DNA of 37,708 bases from Flavobacteriales bacterium (GTDB taxonomy: Bacteria > Bacteroidota > Bacteroidia > Flavobacteriales > BACL11): positions 1 to 37,708 of the forward strand of contig NYTT01000067.1 of NCBI GenBank assembly GCA_002683775.1. The letters are read 5' to 3'. The translations under genes were made by a program, and so were the position numbers. The notes under the pieces were generated by a model that was not told the origin of the DNA, did not search any database, and saw only the letters and a program-made list of their open reading frames with translations. This document shows, piece by piece, positions 27,098 through 33,436 of the stretch (its first letter is position 1; every line of letters starts with the position of its first letter).

Positions 27098-28336
27098 ATG
27101 AAATTTGACAACCTTAAGTTACATCCATTTTTACTTAAAGCAGTAAAAGATGAGGGATATATTAATCCTACAAAAATTCAAGAAAAAGCAATTCCACATA
27201 TCTTAAATAAGAAAGATATTCTTGGATCTGCTCAAACAGGTACAGGTAAAACAGCTGCTTTTGCATTGCCAATTTTACATCATATGATAGTTGATAAAAA
27301 TAAGCCTTCTTTTAAGAGAATAAATGTCTTAGTCGTAACCCCAACTCGCGAACTTGCTATTCAAATAGGTGAAAATTTCACTACTTACTCAAAATATACA
27401 GATATAAATAATACAGTAATATTTGGAGGTGTTAAACAGATTAAACAAACTGATAAACTAAAAAAAGGTATAGACATATTAATTGCAACACCAGGAAGAT
27501 TATTAGATCTTATGAGTCAAGGCTATATATCACTTAAAGATATATCATATTTTGTGCTGGATGAGGCTGATCGTATGCTTGATATGGGGTTTATTAACGA
27601 TATTAAAAAAATAATCGATAAATTACCAAGGCAGAGACAATCACTTTTCTTTTCAGCAACAATGCCAAATAACATCCTTAAACTTTCAAATTCAATATTA
27701 AATTATCCTGAAAAAGTCTCTGTTCATCAAACTTCAGCTACTGCTGAGACTATAGACCAACTTATTTACTACACAAACAAAAGTGACAAAAGAGCATTGC
27801 TTACTGATATTTTAAAAAACAAGGTTCTTTCTCAGGTATTAATTTTCTCTAGAACAAAACATGGTGCAGATAGGTTAGTTAAAAATCTTAAAAAGAAGAA
27901 AATAACAGCTGTTGCAATTCATGGAGATAAATCACAACCACAACGCCAGAGAGCATTAAAATCTTTTAAGAACAAAGAAGTAAGAGTTTTAGTTGCTACT
28001 GATATTGCTGCAAGAGGAATTGATATAGATAAATTAAATTTTGTAATTAATTTTGATATGCCCAATGAGCCTGAAACTTATGTGCATAGAATTGGAAGGT
28101 GTGGTCGAGCTGGAGAAAAGGGACAATCAATATCTATTTGTGAACCTGAAGAAAACATATACGCGAAAGATATAGAAAAATTAATCAAAGCATCTTTAAC
28201 TGAAATAAAGAATCATAAATTTCCTCAAACTGATTTACCAATGAATCCTCAACAGAGGAAAGAATTTGAAAAGCAAAAGCAGAAAAAGAAACAAGATTTT
28301 TTTGCTAACAGAAAAAAAAATAAAAGAACAAAGTAA
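27098..28336 (+). CDS. DEAD-box ATP-dependent RNA helicase (RhlE-like)
   Basis: Q motif (PTKIQ), AQTGTGKT, PTRELA, DEAD, SAT, HRIGRCGRAG, and a Lys/Arg-rich C-terminal tail. Confidence 0.9.
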   Translation: MKFDNLKLHPFLLKAVKDEGYINPTKIQEKAIPHILNKKDILGSAQTGTGKTAAFALPILHHMIVDKNKPSFKRINVLVVTPTRELAIQIGENFTTYSKYTDINNTVIFGGVKQIKQTDKLKKGIDILIATPGRLLDLMSQGYISLKDISYFVLDEADRMLDMGFINDIKKIIDKLPRQRQSLFFSATMPNNILKLSNSILNYPEKVSVHQTSATAETIDQLIYYTNKSDKRALLTDILKNKVLSQVLIFSRTKHGADRLVKNLKKKKITAVAIHGDKSQPQRQRALKSFKNKEVRVLVATDIAARGIDIDKLNFVINFDMPNEPETYVHRIGRCGRAGEKGQSISICEPEENIYAKDIEKLIKASLTEIKNHKFPQTDLPMNPQQRKEFEKQKQKKKQDFFANRKKNKRTK

Positions 28337-28341
28337 GACAG

Positions 28342-29373
28342 CTATTTATTTTTATTTAACATCATTATTTTATTAAAGTCAAACCCTTTTTCCCAATTTA
28401 ATGTTGTGAATATTGATGGAGATGTATTAAGTAATTCAAGAAAGGAAAAAAGAGGATTATTTTTAAATGAATTTTTTACTGAAAGCCATCTTATGCCAAT
28501 GCCAATTGTTGCTGTTTTATTTTCTACATAATGCCATAGATAAGAAGGGATAAAAATTATGTCGCCCTCATTTAGTGTAATCTCACATTTGGGAAGATAC
28601 TGAAAAGCAGAGTTGTTATTTTTATCAATATTATAAGGGTTAATATCTGATGATTTGGCAGGTGCTCGATTTACTTTAGGATTAAATATATAATGAGCAT
28701 TTTGATGCCAAATTAACCATTTTTTCTGCCCTCTTATTTGAACAAACAAATTTTCATTGCCAGCATTATGAATAGGTGTTTTTGTTTTCTTATTTCCAAT
28801 AAAAAGAACATGATGTTTTTTAAATTTTGTATCTCTAACATCGTTTAACCACTTTTGATTAAGACTAGTTTGTAATAGAGGGTAATTATCCAGTAATGGA
28901 TTAAATCTAGCATAATCTAATGAGTTGTTGTTGATTCCATCAATTATGTTTTTCAGATTCGAATTTCTAGGCTCTGATTCTATATTTTCTCCTAAATCAT
29001 CATGATTAGATAATAAAACTGGATGGTTACCAAAATTATCTTTAAAAAAAGAAAAATCCCAATGTTTAAAAGCATCCCAATTTTTGGCGCCATCACGTAT
29101 GACAAATGGGATCCCTTTTTTTATATAATGATCTTTTATTTTAGATGGACAGTAGTGTTTGTCAAGTTCATCTATTTTTAATATAGTTTTCGGATGATGT
29201 TTAACACTTGTATATATTTTTTTCTGAATTTTGGATTCCCATTTTTTAATAATAGAAAGAAGAGGTGGAAACCAGCCTAGAGTATGCTCGAGAACATATC
29301 TTACGCCAAAAGATAACTTAGTAAATGTTGGAATATCCTGAACTAAATTTTTATAATATTTATGAAAAGTCAT
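28342..29373 (-). CDS. FIH-like JmjC / cupin_8 2-oxoglutarate oxygenase homologue with an HxA...H metal site
   Basis: 343 aa. TKTPIHNAGNENLFVQIRGQKKW and EGDIIFIPSYLWHYVE align gaplessly to the FIH core ([35 protein letters not shown]). The upstream GIPFVIRDGAKNWDAFKHW is typical of cupin_8. Confidence 0.8.
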   Translation of the reverse strand: MTFHKYYKNLVQDIPTFTKLSFGVRYVLEHTLGWFPPLLSIIKKWESKIQKKIYTSVKHHPKTILKIDELDKHYCPSKIKDHYIKKGIPFVIRDGAKNWDAFKHWDFSFFKDNFGNHPVLLSNHDDLGENIESEPRNSNLKNIIDGINNNSLDYARFNPLLDNYPLLQTSLNQKWLNDVRDTKFKKHHVLFIGNKKTKTPIHNAGNENLFVQIRGQKKWLIWHQNAHYIFNPKVNRAPAKSSDINPYNIDKNNNSAFQYLPKCEITLNEGDIIFIPSYLWHYVENKTATIGIGIRWLSVKNSFKNNPLFSFLELLNTSPSIFTTLNWEKGFDFNKIMMLNKNK

Positions 29374-29408
29374 ATAAATTGGTCACCAAAGAATAATTTA
29401 AAACAATT

Positions 29409-29416
29409 CAAAAATA
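29409..29416 (-). promoter_or_regulatory. -7 promoter box TATTTTTG for the JmjC/cupin gene
   Basis: Exact TAnnTTTG on the minus strand, 35 nt upstream of the ATG at 29373. Confidence 0.35.
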
Positions 29417-29434
29417 ATTCTTCATAATCATAAA

Positions 29435-29451
29435 ACTATGCTTAGCATAGT
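29435..29451 (-). terminator. Weak hairpin downstream of the ABC transporter gene
   Basis: ACTATGC-TTA-GCATAGT (7-bp stem), 9 nt after the stop at 29461. On the minus strand it is followed by TTTATGATT. AT-rich, so of marginal stability. Confidence 0.3.
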
Positions 29452-29460
29452 AACGTATAT

Positions 29461-31197
29461 CTATATGACACTTTGAAAAGTAACTAAATCATAGTATCTA
29501 CCTTTTTGCTTAATAAGATCATCATGTGTTCCATGTTCAGCGATTTTACCATTTTCAATAACTAATATCTGATTTGCTTTTCTTATTGTACTTAGGCGAT
29601 GTGCAATCACAAAAGTTGTTCTACCTTTCATTAATTCATTTAGGCTTTTTTGAATCAATGTTTCGCTTTCTGTATCAAGGTTAGAAGTGGCTTCATCCAA
29701 AATTAGTATTTTAGGATTTGCTAAAATTGCTCTTGCTATTGCTATTCTCTGTCTTTGACCTCCAGAGAGTTTTACTCCTCGTTCACCAATTAATGTATCT
29801 AATCCTTTTTCAAAACGGTCAGTAAACTCATTCACATATGAAGAATGCACTGCATTTAACAATTGATCTTCATTTGCATCAGGTCTTGGAAATAAGATGT
29901 TTTCTCTGATTGTCCCTTCAAATAAAAAATCATCTTGTAAAACAACACCTAAATGACTTCTAAATGATTTTAAATCTATTTTTGCAAGATTGCTTTCATC
30001 AACATAGATAGAGCCTGAAATAGGGGAGATAAAACTTGCAATTAAAGAAGCTATTGTTGATTTTCCAGAACCTGAAGATCCAACTAAAGCAGTTACAGTT
30101 CCTTTTTGTGCATTAAAACTAATATTATTAACAACCTCTTTCCCCTTATCATAAGCAAAAGATACATTTTGAAACTCTACATTGCCTATTACATTTACAA
30201 GTTTAATATTTCTATTAAGATTGTCGTACTCTGAAGAAATATTCATTAGTTCATTAGTACGATCTAGTCCGGCAAATGCTTCAGTTAGCTGACTGCCAAT
30301 ATTACTCATTTGAACAATAGGGGCTATCATAAAACCTAATAATAAAGTAAAAGATAAAAAATCTCCAGTTGTAAGATTCCCTTCAATGATCATTTTCCCT
30401 CCCACCCCCATTATACCTACTGATGCAAGCCCTAATAAAAATGCTGATGAACTTGTCATGATTGCAGTTGCTGTTAAACTCTTTTTAACATTTTCAAATA
30501 ATTTTTTAACCCCTAATGAAAAACTCTCACTCTCTTGATGTTCTGCGTTAAAACCTTTTATAACTCTTACTCCGTTCATAGTTTCTGTCAATCTCCCATT
30601 TACTTCAGCATTAATTTGGCCTCTTTTTCTAAAAATAGGTCTGATATAGCCAAAGGCTTTAATTGCAATTACCGCAAATAGAAGTACAGGCGTCAATACT
30701 AATAATGTCAACTCTACACTTATATTTAATAATAATAATAAGGATATGATTGCAGTAATTGATCCGCCAAATAGTTGGACTAATCCAGTTCCAATAATAT
30801 TTCTAACCCCTTCAACATCCGTCATGATTCTTGAAACCAAAGCTCCCGATTTATTATTGTCAAAAAAAGATATTGGTAAAGACAGCATTTGCTTTTGAAC
30901 TTTAACTCTTAATTTTGAAATTAACAATTGAGCTTCGACACTTAACAATCTCGCTAATGCAAATGATGTTACAGATTGAATAAAAATAGCACTGGCTACA
31001 ATTATTACTAAATAAGCTAGTGCTTCTAAATCTTTATTTGGGATTATAACATCTAATAGTTCTTTACTTTTTAATGGCAACACTAAACTTGATAATCTAC
31101 TAATTACAATTAGAAGTAGTCCAGTTAATACAATCCATTTTCTAGGCCAAATAAACTCTTTGAATGCTTGTTTTACAGTTGTTTTGTTTTTTGTCAT
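29461..31197 (-). CDS. ABC transporter, fused permease/ATP-binding protein (MsbA/MdlB-type exporter half-transporter)
   Basis: 578 aa. Six N-terminal TM helices, Walker A GSSGSGKST, signature LSGGQRQR, Walker B ILILDEATS, H-loop AHRLST. No N-terminal C39 peptidase domain. Confidence 0.9.
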   Translation of the reverse strand: MTKNKTTVKQAFKEFIWPRKWIVLTGLLLIVISRLSSLVLPLKSKELLDVIIPNKDLEALAYLVIIVASAIFIQSVTSFALARLLSVEAQLLISKLRVKVQKQMLSLPISFFDNNKSGALVSRIMTDVEGVRNIIGTGLVQLFGGSITAIISLLLLLNISVELTLLVLTPVLLFAVIAIKAFGYIRPIFRKRGQINAEVNGRLTETMNGVRVIKGFNAEHQESESFSLGVKKLFENVKKSLTATAIMTSSSAFLLGLASVGIMGVGGKMIIEGNLTTGDFLSFTLLLGFMIAPIVQMSNIGSQLTEAFAGLDRTNELMNISSEYDNLNRNIKLVNVIGNVEFQNVSFAYDKGKEVVNNISFNAQKGTVTALVGSSGSGKSTIASLIASFISPISGSIYVDESNLAKIDLKSFRSHLGVVLQDDFLFEGTIRENILFPRPDANEDQLLNAVHSSYVNEFTDRFEKGLDTLIGERGVKLSGGQRQRIAIARAILANPKILILDEATSNLDTESETLIQKSLNELMKGRTTFVIAHRLSTIRKANQILVIENGKIAEHGTHDDLIKQKGRYYDLVTFQSVI

Positions 31198-31508
31198 TTA
31201 TTTCATTTCAAATTCAACAACCCATTTATCAATTGAATAAAGTACTTTTTGCAGAGCTTTTGCTGACTTTGTAAGTGAGTATACAACTCTTGGTGGAGAT
31301 TCATTAAATGATTCCCTTTTATAAGATTGTCAACCTCTAATTGCTTAAGATGATCTGTAAGAACTTTTCGTGAAATTCCCTCAATTAAATTTGCTAATTG
31401 ACCAAAACGTAAATCTTTATTGCGAAGATTATAGATGATTGTTAACTTCCATTTACCTCCAACTTTTTTGTTAAAAATACTTGCTGTACATTTACTATTT
31501 TCCTTCAT
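31198..31508 (-). pseudogene. HxlR (DUF24)-family winged-helix transcriptional regulator interrupted by a 1-nt frameshift
   Basis: The N-terminal 63 codons (MKENSKCTASIFNKKVGGKWKLTIIYNLRNKDLRFGQLANLIEGISRKVLTDHLKQLEVDNLI) are canonical HxlR. The canonical C-terminus KRESFNESPPRVVYSLTKSAKALQKVLYSIDKWVVEFEMK* is encoded in the -1 frame after the T4 run at 31317-31320. It ends at a TAA (31198-31200) that abuts the ABC transporter ATG. Confidence 0.8.
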
Positions 31509-31512
31509 ATTA

Positions 31513-31593
31513 TTATTAGTTACATTAATATTACTAGTTTTTTAAAGTTACTTATTTGTTACAGTTACTTTATATTACTTTTATTAGTTACTT
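31513..31593. repeat. Array of same-orientation RTTAC(T/A) repeats, probable operator sites, in the divergent promoter region
   Basis: AGTTACTT occurs at 31546, 31563 and 31586, and AGTTACAT at 31518. GTTACA occurs at 31558, and ATTACT at 31530 and 31574. The 11-mer TTATTAGTTAC occurs at both 31513 and 31581. Confidence 0.5.
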
Positions 31594-31595
31594 TG

Positions 31596-31603
31596 CAAAA
31601 CTA
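31596..31603 (-). promoter_or_regulatory. -7 promoter box TAGTTTTG for the HxlR-ABC unit, back to back with a near-consensus plus-strand box TTACTTTG (31588-31595)
   Basis: Exact TAnnTTTG on the minus strand, 87 nt upstream of the HxlR ATG. The two boxes share the palindrome TTTGCAAA (31592-31599). Confidence 0.35.
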
Positions 31604-31623
31604 TTAAATAAATATTAATTAAA

Positions 31624-32304
31624 ATGAAAATTAAAATGAAAGAATCATCAAAAAGAGCGAAATGTCAATGTGGAAAAACTAAAGATCCAAATGGCAATTG
31701 TGATGGATCACATGCGAATACAAACAGAATTATTAAATCTATTTTATTTACTCTAGTAATTTTTGCTGGATCTGTATTTTATGCTAATGCAACTAGTCTA
31801 GTTAAAGAAAACAAAATCGATGTTAAAGAAAGTACTGTATTCTGGAAAGGGCATAAAGTTACAGGAAGTCATGAGGGAGAAATAAATGTAGCTTCCGGTT
31901 CTCTATTATTTGAAAATAAAAAATTAACTGGTGGTGAAGTTATAATCGATATGAACTCATTAGTATGTACAGATTTAACTGGAGAATACAAAGGAAAACT
32001 CGAAGGACATCTAAAGTCGGATGACTTTTTCAGTGTTTCTAAGTTTCCAAGAGCTACATTAAAAATAGTTAAAGTATCTTTAGTTAATGAAAACACATAT
32101 GAGTGTATGGCTGAATTAAATATTAAAGGACATACGGAAGAAGTATATTTCAATACAACTATTAAAAAGAACGGTGCATTGACTAAACTTAAAATTGATA
32201 GAACAAAATTTAATGTTAAGTATGGTTCTGGAAGTTTTTTTAAGGGATTAGGAGATAATATGATCTATGACGAATTTGATTTAGTGATAAACTTATCATT
32301 TTAA
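31624..32304 (+). CDS. YceI-family (polyisoprenoid-binding-like) protein with an N-terminal CDGSH-like Cys3His motif and a membrane anchor
   Basis: The C-terminal ~170 aa match YceI (VTGSHEGEI, IDMNSL, LEGHLKSDDFFSVSKFPRATL, IKGHT). Residues 14-30 are CQCGKTKDPNGNCDGSH. Residues ~36-56 (IIKSILFTLVIFAGSVFYANA) are hydrophobic. Confidence 0.8.
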   Translation: MKIKMKESSKRAKCQCGKTKDPNGNCDGSHANTNRIIKSILFTLVIFAGSVFYANATSLVKENKIDVKESTVFWKGHKVTGSHEGEINVASGSLLFENKKLTGGEVIIDMNSLVCTDLTGEYKGKLEGHLKSDDFFSVSKFPRATLKIVKVSLVNENTYECMAELNIKGHTEEVYFNTTIKKNGALTKLKIDRTKFNVKYGSGSFFKGLGDNMIYDEFDLVINLSF

Positions 32305-32310
32305 CAGTAA

Positions 32311-33183
32311 ATGAAACGTCCAGATTTTATTAAAAAATCTATATTGGGTATTTTTTCTGGTTTATTAATACCTAAAGTATCATCATCAGTACAAAAAATA
32401 AATACTAGTTTTAATATTTTAAGAAAAAATATAGGATTTAATCATATGCCAAATAAAGAAAATAAAACTAACAACACTGTAATTCACAAAGCTAATTCAA
32501 GAAATAGCGCTGACTTTGGTTGGTTAAAAGTTAACCATACTTTCAGTTTTGCAAACTATTATAATCCAGATAGAATGAATTTTGGAGCACTTAGAGTACT
32601 TAATGATGATACTATTTTAGGAGGTAAAGGATTTAGTACTCACCCACATGATAATATGGAAATAATTACAATTCCGTTGGAGGGCTCCCTAAAGCATAAA
32701 GATGATATGGGGAATGGAAGTGTTATTAAGAAAGGAGATATTCAAGTTATGAGTGCAGGAAAAGGTATTCAACATAGCGAATATAATGGAGATGATATTT
32801 TGCCGGCCAAAGTACTTCAAATATGGCTTCATCCAAATAAAATAAATGTTATTCCACGTTATCAGCAATTATCAATAAAGTCACTTATTAAACCAAATAT
32901 ATTTTCACAAATACTTTCTCCTGACATTAAAGACCAAGGAGTTTGGATTCATCAAAATTCATGGTTTAGTTTAGGAGAATTTACAAAAACTACTACTTCG
33001 AATTATAAATTACATTCAACTTCCAATGGCATATATATTTTTATTATAGATGGTAAGGTTGAAATAAATGGAGATATATTAAACAAACGCGATGCTATTG
33101 GTTTATGGCAGGTTGATTCAATAAATATTTCTAGTTCAATTGGGAGTAGAGTACTAATTATGGAGGTTCCAATGAATGTTTAG
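32311..33183 (+). CDS. Pirin-family protein (bicupin) with a 45-residue N-terminal extension
   Basis: The pirin core runs from FGWLKVNHTFSFANYY through HPHDNMEIITIPLEG...MSAGKGIQHSEYN. The ATG at 32311 is 6 nt after the yceI-like stop. An alternative start at 32446 would give a standard-length pirin. Confidence 0.8.
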   Translation: MKRPDFIKKSILGIFSGLLIPKVSSSVQKINTSFNILRKNIGFNHMPNKENKTNNTVIHKANSRNSADFGWLKVNHTFSFANYYNPDRMNFGALRVLNDDTILGGKGFSTHPHDNMEIITIPLEGSLKHKDDMGNGSVIKKGDIQVMSAGKGIQHSEYNGDDILPAKVLQIWLHPNKINVIPRYQQLSIKSLIKPNIFSQILSPDIKDQGVWIHQNSWFSLGEFTKTTTSNYKLHSTSNGIYIFIIDGKVEINGDILNKRDAIGLWQVDSINISSSIGSRVLIMEVPMNV

Positions 33184-33376
33184 TGAAATGGTAGAGGTAA
33201 AAAAATATAAAAGAAAAAAAAGTCTTAAAAAGACTCTTAATACTGTAATCGAAATTAAAAATAGTAGTCCAAAAATAATTTTTAAAGCAGAAAGTTTAGT
33301 TGTAACCTTAAGAAATAAAGCTCAATTAAACAGATGGTTAAAAATTTATCCTAACGCATGTTATACGATTAATTAA
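33176..33376 (+). CDS. Small basic hypothetical protein (66 aa)
   Basis: ATG overlaps the pirin stop by 8 nt. Lys-rich, with no recognisable motif. Could be a chance ORF in AT-rich DNA. Confidence 0.3.
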   Translation: MFSEMVEVKKYKRKKSLKKTLNTVIEIKNSSPKIIFKAESLVVTLRNKAQLNRWLKIYPNACYTIN

Positions 33377-33394
33377 TAAATTAAAAGTTTATGT

Positions 33395-33436
33395 AAAAAA
33401 GGAGCCCTAATAAGATTTTAGTGAGCTCTTTTTTTT
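33395..33436. terminator. Possible bidirectional terminator between convergent units
   Basis: A6-GGAGCCCTAA-TAAGATT-TTAGTGAGCTC-T8. The stem is interrupted (CTAA/TTAG plus GAGC/GCTC) and flanked by A and T runs. The T run overlaps the stop of the minus-strand M28 gene. Confidence 0.3.

Noticed and set aside
29374-29460. Possible short precursor-peptide gene between the ABC exporter and the JmjC oxygenase (a RiPP-like arrangement).
   Set aside because: The 87-bp spacer has no ATG-initiated frame of meaningful length on the relevant strand. It is better explained by a weak hairpin plus a promoter box. The exporter also lacks a C39 peptidase domain.
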